Part shown: piece after piece, positions 45,430-54,501 of the stretch
How the letters are laid out: each line of letters begins with the position of its first letter
Position numbering within the stretch: the stretch's first letter is position 1
Origin: Candidatus Termititenax aidoneus
Lineage (GTDB): Bacteria > Margulisbacteria > Termititenacia > Termititenacales > Termititenacaceae
Reading direction: 5' to 3'
Assembly: GCA_003864455.1 (NCBI GenBank)
Contig: BGZN01000004.1
Coordinates: 3,125 to 67,124, forward strand
DNA: 64,000 nucleotides
Position numbers and translations under genes: made by a program
Notes under the pieces: generated by a model
Database searches by the model: none
Told to the model about the DNA's origin: nothing
What the model saw: only the letters and a program-made list of their open reading frames with translations

Positions 45430-45683
45430 TTAAGGCTGCTTTCCTTGTGAAGTTTTTTCTTTGGTGCGTTTAAGCCTTGGACAATCGATTGCTCCAGGTT
45501 TGGAATGCTTGTTAAATACTCCGTGTCATTTTGAGCAATTGGTTCAAAAGGAATTTTACCATAATTGATCACTTGATGATAAAACAAGACCGTGGCTGAT
45601 GCTACGGTAAGCCCGATATTCTCAAATATCTGCTGGGCTTTTTTCTTAACACTATCATCAACCCTTACGCTAACAGTAGCCAT
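45423..45683 (-). CDS. RelB/DinJ-family antitoxin
   Basis: MATVSVRVDDSVKKKAQQIFENIGLTVASA is the ribbon-helix-helix pattern of DinJ/RelB. Overlaps the start of the toxin gene. Confidence 0.7.
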   Translation of the reverse strand: MATVSVRVDDSVKKKAQQIFENIGLTVASATVLFYHQVINYGKIPFEPIAQNDTEYLTSIPNLEQSIVQGLNAPKKKLHKESSLKW

Positions 45684-45772
45684 TTTTGTACTCCTTTTGT
45701 ATCAATTATGTATGAAATTGTAGCACATTTGCTATGAATTTGCAAAATATTTAAGGGATAATTCCGAAGTTT

Positions 45773-46504
45773 TTACGCTGTTAATTTTGGCGGTTTTTGC
45801 AGCAAATACAACAATATGCCGGCCGCCACAGCCGCATTGAGCGACTCGGCTTTGTTTTTATGGATCGGCAAAGAAACTTTTTGAGAAGCGCGCTGCAAAA
45901 TCTCCGCGGCCAAACCCTGCCCTTCGCTGCCAATCGCCAGGACAAAACCGCCGTTGATTTGCAAATTTTCCGGCGCGGCGCCGTACAAATCCGCCGCGAT
46001 AATATTGCCCGTCAAGTCCGTGATCTCCGCCGCCAGCAAATCCAGAGTAAAAACCGCGCCCATCGAAGCGCGCACTACTTTCGGCGCAAAAACATCAACA
46101 CAGCCTTTGTTGTAAATCAGGCCGTCCAGACCAAAAGCCGCGGCCGTACGAATAATCGTACCCAGATTGCCCGGGTCCTGCAGGCGGTCAAGAAAAATAT
46201 ATCTTTTTTTCTCGCTGTATTTGGCCGGCTTCGGTCTGGCGCAGACAGTCATAATACCCTGCGGATTTTCCATGCTGGACAGCGCGTCAAAAATATTTTT
46301 GGCGATGTAGCGGTGGCGGAGTTTTTGCAGATTTTCCGGCAGGACAATATCCTCGCGCGCGTAAAGCGTCCGTACATTTTTGGCGAATTGCAAAATCTTA
46401 AAACCCTCGCAGACCAAAGCTTTTTGCTCGCGGCGGTAAGCCGCATCGCTCAATAATTTGCGCAGGTTTTTGATCTCGGAGTTTTCCGGCGAAGTCAGCA
46501 GCAC
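45773..46504 (-). CDS. TrmH/SpoU-family RNA 2'-O-methyltransferase
   Basis: LDRLQDPGNLGTIIRTAAAFG and a C-terminal SLNAAVAAGILLY motif. Confidence 0.8.
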   Translation of the reverse strand: MLLTSPENSEIKNLRKLLSDAAYRREQKALVCEGFKILQFAKNVRTLYAREDIVLPENLQKLRHRYIAKNIFDALSSMENPQGIMTVCARPKPAKYSEKKRYIFLDRLQDPGNLGTIIRTAAAFGLDGLIYNKGCVDVFAPKVVRASMGAVFTLDLLAAEITDLTGNIIAADLYGAAPENLQINGGFVLAIGSEGQGLAAEILQRASQKVSLPIHKNKAESLNAAVAAGILLYLLQKPPKLTA

Positions 46505-46978
46505 TTATATTTTCTCGATGAGGACTACCGCTTCCGCGGCAATACCCTCGCCCCGTCCCGCAAAACCCAGCCGTTCGGTAGTGGTGGCCTTGACGCCGAT
46601 GCGGTCTGCCGACAGGCCAAACACCACGGCGATATTGGTTTGCATGTCCTGAATATACGGCGCGAGTTTCGGCTCCTGGCAAATAATCACGCTGTCGAGA
46701 TTAATTAGTTTATAACCGCGGCTGATAAGCAGCGCGTTGACGTTTTCCAGCAGCTCCAGACTGTTGATGCCCTGATAAGTCGGATCTGTGTCGGGAAAAT
46801 GCTCGCCGATTGAGCCCAGCGCCGCAGCGCCCAGCAGCGCGTCCATCACGGCGTGCAACAGGACGTCAGCGTCAGAGTGTCCGTCCAGTCCTTTGGCATA
46901 AGGAATATCCACGCCGCCAATGATCAATTTGCGTCCTGCGGTGAGCTGATGCACATCGTAGCCGATACCAACTCTCAT
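46505..46978 (-). CDS. ispF: 2-C-methyl-D-erythritol 2,4-cyclodiphosphate synthase
   Basis: MRVGIGYDVHQL...GHSDADVLLHA...DAL is the IspF signature. Confidence 0.9.
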   Translation of the reverse strand: MRVGIGYDVHQLTAGRKLIIGGVDIPYAKGLDGHSDADVLLHAVMDALLGAAALGSIGEHFPDTDPTYQGINSLELLENVNALLISRGYKLINLDSVIICQEPKLAPYIQDMQTNIAVVFGLSADRIGVKATTTERLGFAGRGEGIAAEAVVLIEKI

Positions 46979-47000
46979 GAAATATATTATACTCTCTCCT

Positions 47001-47960
47001 ATGAGCAAAAAACAACGCGGCGCGCTTTTGCTGGCGGCTCTTTGCCTGGTCTGGTGGCTGCTAGATAGTTTTGTGTTTTGGAAAGAAGTCGCCGAACAGC
47101 GCTATGTGCTGCACACTTTGGCGGAAATCAGGGTTCTTTGCCACAGCAGACAGCAGGGACGCCAGGCTATAAACACGGCTTTTGCTAAAATGAAAGAACT
47201 GGAAGAAAAATTTAATTATTTTGACCCCGGCAGCGAATTATCCCGGATTAATCAAAACGCTTTTCGGCAGGAAATGCCGCTCAGCGGGGACATGAACGCG
47301 ATACTGACCCTGGCGCTGGCCGGCAGCGAGATTTCTGGCGGCACTTTTGACATCACAATCACGCCGATCTCGCGCCTGTATGGATTTGGCACGGAGCAAA
47401 AACAAAAACCAGACCAGCGGAATATTCAAAATCAAATGCAGGGCGTCGGCTGGCAAAAGGTGCGGCTCGACAGCCAAAAACAAACCGTGCGCCTGCTGCA
47501 TAGCCGCACGCAGCTCGATCTAGGCGGCATTGCCAAAGGCTACGCGGTAGACCAAGCTGTCGAAACTCTGCAGCGGCACGGCATTCGCCATGCGCTGGTC
47601 AATGCCGGCGGCAATATTTTCGCGCTGGGGCAAAAACGCGGCAAGCCCTGGCGAATAGCGATACGCGATCCGCGCGCCGTCGAGAAAACTTTGCAGGTTT
47701 TTGAATTGAGCGACGAAGCCTGCGCGACTTCCGGCGATTACGAGCAATATTTTGTAGCGGACGGACAGAGATACTCGCATATTTTTAACCCGCAAACCGG
47801 ACGTCCGGCCAATCTCGAAAATGAACTGGCCAGCGTTACAGTTATCGCCGACAGCGCAGCCCGGGCAGACCTGCTCTCCACCGCCTGTTTTGTGCTGGGC
47901 GTGGAAAAATCCAGCATTTTTCCTGAAAAGAAATTTTTTTATAAGGCGAATGCCGACTAA
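47001..47960 (+). CDS. apbE: FAD:protein FMN transferase
   Basis: LDLGGIAKGYAVD is the ApbE motif. N-terminal lipoprotein-like signal. Confidence 0.8.
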   Translation: MSKKQRGALLLAALCLVWWLLDSFVFWKEVAEQRYVLHTLAEIRVLCHSRQQGRQAINTAFAKMKELEEKFNYFDPGSELSRINQNAFRQEMPLSGDMNAILTLALAGSEISGGTFDITITPISRLYGFGTEQKQKPDQRNIQNQMQGVGWQKVRLDSQKQTVRLLHSRTQLDLGGIAKGYAVDQAVETLQRHGIRHALVNAGGNIFALGQKRGKPWRIAIRDPRAVEKTLQVFELSDEACATSGDYEQYFVADGQRYSHIFNPQTGRPANLENELASVTVIADSAARADLLSTACFVLGVEKSSIFPEKKFFYKANAD

Positions 47961-50554
47961 CTTGCGGCCAGCGCTTTTAACTGCTCTTCCACAATTTTAA
48001 ATTTTTCGGCGTAATCTTTTTCTTTTTCTTTTTCTTTTTCGATAACTTCCGGCGGCGCTTTTTCGATAAAACTTTTATTGGCCAATTTATTTTTGATGCG
48101 GTTAATTTCGGTTTGGTATTTATTTTTTTCTTTTTCCAAGCGGGCAATTTCGGCCTGCAAGTCAATGAGCTTGTCCAACGGCACAAAAATCTCCGCGCCG
48201 TTGATCACCGCATGCGAGGCATTACGCGGCTTGGCAGCCAGTCTAGCCGCCAGATCGATTTTTTCCACGCCGGAGAGCTGCTGAATATACGGCTTGGCTT
48301 CGGTCAAGGCCTCGGCCACAGCCGGATCGCCGCAGAGAATAATCAAATCCGCTTTTTTCGCCGGCGCGACGTTCATTTCCGCGCGGATATTGCGCACCGC
48401 GCGGATCAGCTCAATAACCACAGCCATTTTTTTCTCGCGCGCCGGATTGAGCAGGGCTTTGTCCGCCTGCGGCCAATTCGCGTTGATCACTTTGCCGGCA
48501 TTGCCAAGCTTAGCCCAGATCTCTTCTGTGATAAAAGGTGTCAGCGGATGCAGCAGGCGCAAAATGCCGTTGAACACGGTCAAAAAAGTTTCTTTATGCA
48601 GCCCCAGTTTGGACATCTCGATATACCAGTCGCAAAATTCATTCCAAACAAAATCATACAAGCCCAGCGCCATGTCGCCGAAATAAAAATTGCGCAGCGC
48701 GGAGTCGGTCTTTTGGATCACCTGCTGATAGCGCGAAAGTATCCATTCGTCAGCCGGTGATTTTTCCGCGCTAAATTTATTGTCCGCCAATTTCAGCAGA
48801 ACAAAACGCGCGACATTCCAAATCTTATTCATGAAATTGCGGCTGGCCAAAACTTTTGACGCCGCCAGCTTGAGGTCCTGTCCGCCGGCCGTCGCCATCG
48901 AAGCCAGCGTAAAGCGCAGTGCATCCGCGCCGTATTCTTTAATCAACTCCACCGGGTCGACAGCGTTGCCGGTGGATTTGCTCATTTTTTTGCCGTGTTC
49001 ATCGCGAATCAAGCCGTGGATCACGACTTTGTGAAACGGCGCTTCTTTTTGAAATTCCAAACCCATAGTAATCATGCGCGAAACCCAAAAAGTGATAATG
49101 TCGTAGCCGGTTACCAGCAGCGCGGTCGGGTAATATTTTTTTAAGTCGGCGGCAGCGTCCGGCCAGCCCAGCGTAGAAAAAGGCCAGAGCGCTGAACTGA
49201 ACCAGGTGTCCAGCACGTCCGCATCTTGAGTTAATTTATCCGAGCCGCATTTGGGGCAGGTCTGCGGATCATCTTTGGCACAAATGATTTCACCGCACTC
49301 GCAGTACCAAACCGGAATGCGGTGTCCCCACCAGATCTGGCGCGAAATGCACCATTCGCGGATATTTTCCATCCAGTCAAAATAAACTTTGCTCCAGCGC
49401 TCAGGATAAAATTTTAGGCGGCCGGAACGCACAGCCTCGACAGCGGGCGCGGCCAGTTTAGGCATATCCACAAACCATTGCGGCGAAAGATACGGCTCGA
49501 TCACATCGTGGCAGCGGTAACAGCGGCTGATTTTATTTTCATAATCCTGCACCGAATCCAGCAGGCCTTTTTCCTCCAGATCGGTCAGCGCCAGCTCGCG
49601 GGCTTTGAAACGATCCAGCCCTTTGTAGCGCAGCGGCACATTTTCGTTAAGCAGTCCCGAAGTGTCCATGATCGCCAGCGCCGGTAATTTATGGCGTTTG
49701 CCGACTTCGTAATCGTTCACATCATGCGCCGGAGTGATCTTGACCACGCCCGTGCCAAATTCGCGGTCGACATATTCATCGGCAATAATCGGGATTTTTT
49801 TGTCGGTCAGCGGCAGCAGCACTTCTTTGCCGATCAGGTCTTGGTAACGTTCGTCCGCAGGATGCACAGCCACGGCCGTGTCGCCGAATAAAGTTTCCGG
49901 CCGCGTCGTCGCCACCACCAAATATTTTTTAGGATTTTCGGCCAGTTGATAACGTAAATGCCAGAGCTTGCCGGCGTTTTCTTCGTATTCCACTTCGACA
50001 TCGGACAACGCCGTATGACAGCGCGGACACCAGTTGATAATGCGCGGGGCTTTGAAAATCAGACCTTTTTTGTACAGTTCGACAAAAACTTCACGCACCG
50101 CGCGCGAACAGCCTTCGTCCATAGTAAAACGCTCGTGCGCCCAATCGCAGGATGCGCCAAGCAAACGCAGCTGGCTGGTGATCCGGCCGCCGTATTCTTC
50201 TTTCCAGCGCCAGACTTCCTCGATAAATTTTTCACGGCCGAGATCATGACGCGTCCGGCCATCCTGGGCTAATTTTTTCTCCACAACATTTTGCGTGGCA
50301 ATACCGGCGTGGTCGGTGCCGGGCACCCAGAGGACATTGTCGCCCAGCATGCGCCGCCAGCGCACCAAAATATCCGGCAAAGTGTCGTCAAGCGCATGCC
50401 CCATGTGCAAAGCGCCGGTTACATTGGGCGGCGGCATGACAATCGCGAACGGCTCACCGGCGCCTTTGGGCGCAAAATCTCCACTTTTTTCCCAATCCGC
50501 GTAAATTCGCGCTTCGATCTCCGAGGGGTTATAAACTTTTTCCATTTCGGACAT
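47957..50554 (-). CDS. valS: valine--tRNA ligase
   Basis: HIGH region PPNVTGALHMGHA, KMSKS, the editing domain, and the C-terminal coiled coil. Confidence 0.9.
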   Translation of the reverse strand: MSEMEKVYNPSEIEARIYADWEKSGDFAPKGAGEPFAIVMPPPNVTGALHMGHALDDTLPDILVRWRRMLGDNVLWVPGTDHAGIATQNVVEKKLAQDGRTRHDLGREKFIEEVWRWKEEYGGRITSQLRLLGASCDWAHERFTMDEGCSRAVREVFVELYKKGLIFKAPRIINWCPRCHTALSDVEVEYEENAGKLWHLRYQLAENPKKYLVVATTRPETLFGDTAVAVHPADERYQDLIGKEVLLPLTDKKIPIIADEYVDREFGTGVVKITPAHDVNDYEVGKRHKLPALAIMDTSGLLNENVPLRYKGLDRFKARELALTDLEEKGLLDSVQDYENKISRCYRCHDVIEPYLSPQWFVDMPKLAAPAVEAVRSGRLKFYPERWSKVYFDWMENIREWCISRQIWWGHRIPVWYCECGEIICAKDDPQTCPKCGSDKLTQDADVLDTWFSSALWPFSTLGWPDAAADLKKYYPTALLVTGYDIITFWVSRMITMGLEFQKEAPFHKVVIHGLIRDEHGKKMSKSTGNAVDPVELIKEYGADALRFTLASMATAGGQDLKLAASKVLASRNFMNKIWNVARFVLLKLADNKFSAEKSPADEWILSRYQQVIQKTDSALRNFYFGDMALGLYDFVWNEFCDWYIEMSKLGLHKETFLTVFNGILRLLHPLTPFITEEIWAKLGNAGKVINANWPQADKALLNPAREKKMAVVIELIRAVRNIRAEMNVAPAKKADLIILCGDPAVAEALTEAKPYIQQLSGVEKIDLAARLAAKPRNASHAVINGAEIFVPLDKLIDLQAEIARLEKEKNKYQTEINRIKNKLANKSFIEKAPPEVIEKEKEKEKDYAEKFKIVEEQLKALAAS

Positions 50555-50768
50555 AAGGCCACAATAATAGCATAAAATAGCCGCTCTAAGCATTTATAAA
50601 CTTGTCACTTCGGCCGCTAAAGCGGCCTTGTGGCTCTCACTTAACTTCGCGGCGGCGCCGCTTGTTAAGTTCGAGTGCGCGGAAGAGGACGACTGCGCCG
50701 GCTACCGCCGGCTTGTGGCCCTAATTTTTTTCTCTATACTTTTTACGTATAGTCATTTCAAACATATT

Positions 50769-50853
50769 AAATTACTTGGTGCGCGGAAGAGGACTCGAAC
50801 CTCCAAGCCTTGCGGCACAAGATCCTTAGTCTTGCGCGTATACCAATTCCGCC
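50769..50853 (-). tRNA. tRNA-Leu (anticodon TAG)
   Basis: Reverse complement GCGCGGATGGCGGAATTGGTATACGCGCAAGACTAAGGATCTTG...GGTTCGAGTCCTCTTCCGCGCACCA; long variable arm. Confidence 0.85.
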
Positions 50854-50911
50854 ATCCGCGCGTCAAAGAGCAAACAACTATACAACAAGAGCAAAATTTT
50901 TTCTAGAAAAA

Positions 50912-51262
50912 CTATTTTTCCCGACTGGTCTGGCTCATAAGCCGCAGCCAGAGCAGTTGCAGGTTTGGCCGTATTTTACGGAATACGCTCAGCAATTGTT
51001 TTTCCACACCGGCGCTTTCGCTAGGCACAGTTTTTACTCCGCGCTCCTGCAGAAAATAATTAAGCGGCACGCCGTGAAATTCCGCCAGTCTGTACAAAAT
51101 ATCCAGGCCAGGATTATTGTTTTTCGCATTTTCCAAACGCACATAATTGGCGTAATTTATATTAACCAGCCCCGTCAAAACATCCACAGTCAAGCCTTTT
51201 TTCAAACGCAGCTCTCTCAGCTTTTTGCCGATCTGCATTTTCAAATGTTGAAAATCCTGCAT
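50912..51262 (-). CDS. XRE-family helix-turn-helix transcriptional regulator
   Basis: IGKKLRELRLKKGLTVDVLTGLVNINYANYVRLE is an HTH_3 domain. Transcribed divergently from the repeat-protein genes. Confidence 0.75.
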   Translation of the reverse strand: MQDFQHLKMQIGKKLRELRLKKGLTVDVLTGLVNINYANYVRLENAKNNNPGLDILYRLAEFHGVPLNYFLQERGVKTVPSESAGVEKQLLSVFRKIRPNLQLLWLRLMSQTSREK

Positions 51263-51437
51263 GTTTTTACCGCCTCGTTTTATTTATTGTATTAATTAAA
51301 TCCTCCAATTAAGTATCTTTTACAGTACTTGCTTTTAAGATATTAATATGCTAAACTAGGGACTAGGTGTTAAAGCGGTATTTAGCTGACTGTTCAAACT
51401 TTACAAGTTCAACAAGGCAAAATAAAAAAAAGGGGGT

Positions 51438-52358
51438 ATGTATATGGCAAGTAATTACACAGACAGTTATGACGGCATAGCGAGCCGGGAGCCGTTGTCG
51501 GCGGAGAAAGTAACAGCGGCGCTGAACAAAATGGAAAAAGTGGCCAATAAAGTATCCAAGGCGGAATGGGAAGCAAATGCTGGTAGTGAGCAGAGCAGCG
51601 ACAGCAAATATCCTACCTGCGCGGCGGTCAATAACGCGGTCGAGGCAGTCAGCGCTAAGTTGAGCGACGATGCGCAGGCGCTTAATATTAAGATAGATGA
51701 AATGAACTTTGCTGCGGAGAAAGCAATAAACAAGATCCAGACAACCGAGACATGGGAGGACAATAAAAGCAGTAATGAAAAATACCCCAGCTGCAAGGTG
51801 GTCAATGCGGCAATCACGGAAAAGTTCGAGGGCGCGGAAAAAATAGTTAATAGAGTGGATTACACGCTATGGGATAGCAACACGGATGAGGATGCAAAAT
51901 ACCCCACCTGCGGGGCGGTTACTCATGCGATCAATCTCGCAATTGAGGCGATTGATGCTATGATCGCGGATGTCAATGAGAGGATCGCGACTGTTGTCCA
52001 CGACGATATTCCGCTTCTCAATGAGGAGATCGCGACTGTCAATGAGAGGATCGCGACTGTTGTCGACGACGATATTCTGCTTCTCAATGAGAGGCTCACT
52101 GCTGTTCAGGGCGAGCTTACGGCGCTGTCCGACGCGGCGGAAAGAACAGCCAATAAGGTCATTAAAGAAAATTGGTCAAGCAATAAGACCAATGCTACAA
52201 AATACCCCAGCTGCGCGGCTGTGCAGTTGGCCATAGAAACGGCCGCCATTAATACCGTTAATAATGTTAAAACAACTTCAATATCCAGCTCTTCAACGGA
52301 TGACAAATTCCCGACGGCCAAGGCTGTCCATGACTATTTCTGGAGTGTATTTCATTAG
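51438..52358 (+). CDS. repeat protein with a recurring KYP(S/T)C-x-AV module and a coiled-coil segment
   Basis: Modules at ...SDSKYPTCAAVNNAVEAV, ...NEKYPSCKVVNAAITE, ...DAKYPTCGAVTHAINLA, ...ATKYPSCAAVQLAIETA, ...DDKFPTAKAVHDYF. Internal roughly 45-bp DNA repeats (51982-52026 and 52048-52092) encode the hexadecapeptide repeats IATVV(H/D)DDI(P/L)LLNE(E/R). Confidence 0.5.
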   Translation: MYMASNYTDSYDGIASREPLSAEKVTAALNKMEKVANKVSKAEWEANAGSEQSSDSKYPTCAAVNNAVEAVSAKLSDDAQALNIKIDEMNFAAEKAINKIQTTETWEDNKSSNEKYPSCKVVNAAITEKFEGAEKIVNRVDYTLWDSNTDEDAKYPTCGAVTHAINLAIEAIDAMIADVNERIATVVHDDIPLLNEEIATVNERIATVVDDDILLLNERLTAVQGELTALSDAAERTANKVIKENWSSNKTNATKYPSCAAVQLAIETAAINTVNNVKTTSISSSSTDDKFPTAKAVHDYFWSVFH

Positions 52359-52376
52359 TTTTAAAAGGGGTGTTAT

Positions 52377-54023
52377 ATGGCTAGTGATTACGAGGGTAGT
52401 TATACCGGCATAGAACAAGGTAAAGTAGCCTACGCGCGGGACTTAACGAACGCGCTGAACAAAATGGAAAGAGTGGCCAATAAAGTAACCACCGCGGAGG
52501 AATGGGACATCTATGCCAATAAAATCAGTGAGGATAAATACCCCGCCTGCAATATTGTCAGCGCCGCGGGCGCGGCGGTAAAGACGTCTATGGATACCCA
52601 GCTTTCGGAATTATCCAGCCAGGCGACCGCGGTAGATGACGCTACGGAAAAGACAGCCAATAAAGTAACTTCAGGCGACTGGGCAGACAATAAGGAAGAT
52701 GATAACAAATATCCGAGCTGCAAGGCGGTTGATCAGGCGCTCACGGGAACAACCGGCTTCGAGCAAAGTATGAATATAATAAAATACGAATACACAGAGG
52801 AGAAAAACAGCTGGGGAAGAAACACGCGGAATGATTTAAAATATCCCAGCTGCAAGGTTGTGAATACCGTGGTCGGGGAGAATATCATCAGCGCCAAGAC
52901 CGCCGAGGTCGAGGGTAGTAACAATTTGGTAAATGGTATTAATACTTCGGTAGATGACAGCAACGCTTCGGTAGATGACAGCAATGCTTCGGTAGACGAT
53001 ATTAACGCTTCAGTCGATAATATTAACGCTTCGGTAGACAAAATCAGTGAGGATATTGAGGAATTGGACGGCGACACGGAAAAAATTGCCAATAAAGTCA
53101 TGGAAGGAACGCTAAAGGATTATGAGGACAGTGATGACAAATATCCGAGCTGTCCGGTTGTTGATGAGGGTCTAACCGCGGTTTTTAGCCAGCTAGACTT
53201 TGGCAAAATCACATCAGTTTCCGCGGATTCGACAGACATTTTGCTGCCAACGGCCGGAGCGGTGTATAGATTTGTACAGTCTATAATAGGCGTCTCGTAC
53301 GGCTCTATAGTTTCCAACGTTCATGTGGATAACAACGCATTTCATACAGTGATGGGTTACTATACTGGGAATAGTTATCAGCAGGATGCGGGCTATAATT
53401 GGTACGAGGCCGTGCAGTATTGCGCTTATCTGACGGTGCAGGAAAACGATGTGTCCCAGGCGGTCAAGGATTATATAATACAATATTATCTTGTGGACAG
53501 ATCCAGCCTTAACATAACCAATTACGATCAGACCATTGGAGATAAATGCAGCAATTATCTGAAATATGCTCTGATCACACCCGGATGTTATCGTCTGCCG
53601 ACCAGCACGGAGTGGACAGGCGTTTACAACCAAATTCTCAAGTACAGGTCTGGCCTGCACACTGAGACGTATTCAAATGATCCTTCAGTTGTTTTCAGTT
53701 CCACGAGCGATCATTATTGTCTTGAATGGTGCATAGATGCTAATAGTAGTTCCGATAAGATGCTGGGCGGCAAAGCTTTTAAGAATGGGAATTATCAGGC
53801 TGAACGCATTGTGCGCGGTGGTGTGGCCGGCAAATCCGAAGACAGAGGCCTCGACCCCACCCGCTGGTATTTTCGGCTGGCAGATTATATCTACCGCGCG
53901 GCGTCGTACTCCAGGGCAGGCCAATTAACACTAATTGGCAAAGGTAGCGGTGAAATTGAATACACTCACCACTACATACCGTACTCCGCGCACGGCATGC
54001 GTTTAGTCCAAACAGTAATCTAA
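52377..54023 (+). CDS. repeat protein (same KYPxC-AV modules) with in-frame 21-bp tandem repeats and a C-terminal FGE-sulfatase (SUMF1/DUF323)-like domain
   Basis: N-terminus is paralogous to the preceding gene (...ANKV...KYPACNIV, KYPSCKAVDQAL, KYPSCKVVNTVV, KYPSCPVVDEGL). The C-terminal NWYEAVQYCAYLT...CYRLPTSTEWTG...RIVRGG resembles the W.DA.AYC.WL / YRLPTEAEWE / R.LRGG blocks of FGE-sulfatase domains. Confidence 0.5.
   Translation: MASDYEGSYTGIEQGKVAYARDLTNALNKMERVANKVTTAEEWDIYANKISEDKYPACNIVSAAGAAVKTSMDTQLSELSSQATAVDDATEKTANKVTSGDWADNKEDDNKYPSCKAVDQALTGTTGFEQSMNIIKYEYTEEKNSWGRNTRNDLKYPSCKVVNTVVGENIISAKTAEVEGSNNLVNGINTSVDDSNASVDDSNASVDDINASVDNINASVDKISEDIEELDGDTEKIANKVMEGTLKDYEDSDDKYPSCPVVDEGLTAVFSQLDFGKITSVSADSTDILLPTAGAVYRFVQSIIGVSYGSIVSNVHVDNNAFHTVMGYYTGNSYQQDAGYNWYEAVQYCAYLTVQENDVSQAVKDYIIQYYLVDRSSLNITNYDQTIGDKCSNYLKYALITPGCYRLPTSTEWTGVYNQILKYRSGLHTETYSNDPSVVFSSTSDHYCLEWCIDANSSSDKMLGGKAFKNGNYQAERIVRGGVAGKSEDRGLDPTRWYFRLADYIYRAASYSRAGQLTLIGKGSGEIEYTHHYIPYSAHGMRLVQTVI
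52947..53054 (+). repeat. five 21-bp in-frame tandem repeats encoding VDD(S/I)NAS heptapeptides
   Basis: gtagatgacagcaacgcttcg / gtagatgacagcaatgcttcg / gtagacgatattaacgcttca / gtcgataatattaacgcttcg / gtagacaaaatcagt... Confidence 0.8.
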
Positions 54024-54033
54024 ACTACTTAGG

Positions 54034-54492
54034 TTACTCCACTTTGCCTTTGCGCTTGGGCGTCCAACTGGAGTCCACGTAAACGCCTTTCTTTTGTTCT
54101 TCCAAATTTTGAAAATCCGGCAGGTCAATATTGGACTGCGGCGCAAACTCATGGCGCAAACGCTCCAGACCGCGGACATTTTCGGTCAGCCCTTCGACGT
54201 GCTGATTGATCGCCGTGCCGCCGCGCGACTGGCGGATCTGCGTATAAGCGTCGATCACACCTTTGAGCGCCGCCGAACCCTGGCTGAAAATACCGGCGAT
54301 CAAACCAAAGCCCTTGAGATCAAATTCTTTCAAATCTTTGGCAATTTGCTTGACCGGCGAGGCCTGCTGTATTTCTTGAATATAAGCCACGCGCTCCGCC
54401 GGCGACATGCCGCCTGCCGCGGAGATCGGCGCTGTGCCGCCGCTGCCACCGTAAGCGGGCACGCTGCTTTTGCGTTTTTTCCGTTCGCTCAT
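54034..54492 (-). CDS. hypothetical protein
   Basis: 152-aa ORF; no motif. Confidence 0.3.
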   Translation of the reverse strand: MSERKKRKSSVPAYGGSGGTAPISAAGGMSPAERVAYIQEIQQASPVKQIAKDLKEFDLKGFGLIAGIFSQGSAALKGVIDAYTQIRQSRGGTAINQHVEGLTENVRGLERLRHEFAPQSNIDLPDFQNLEEQKKGVYVDSSWTPKRKGKVE

Positions 54493-54501
54493 ATTTCCTC
54501 C

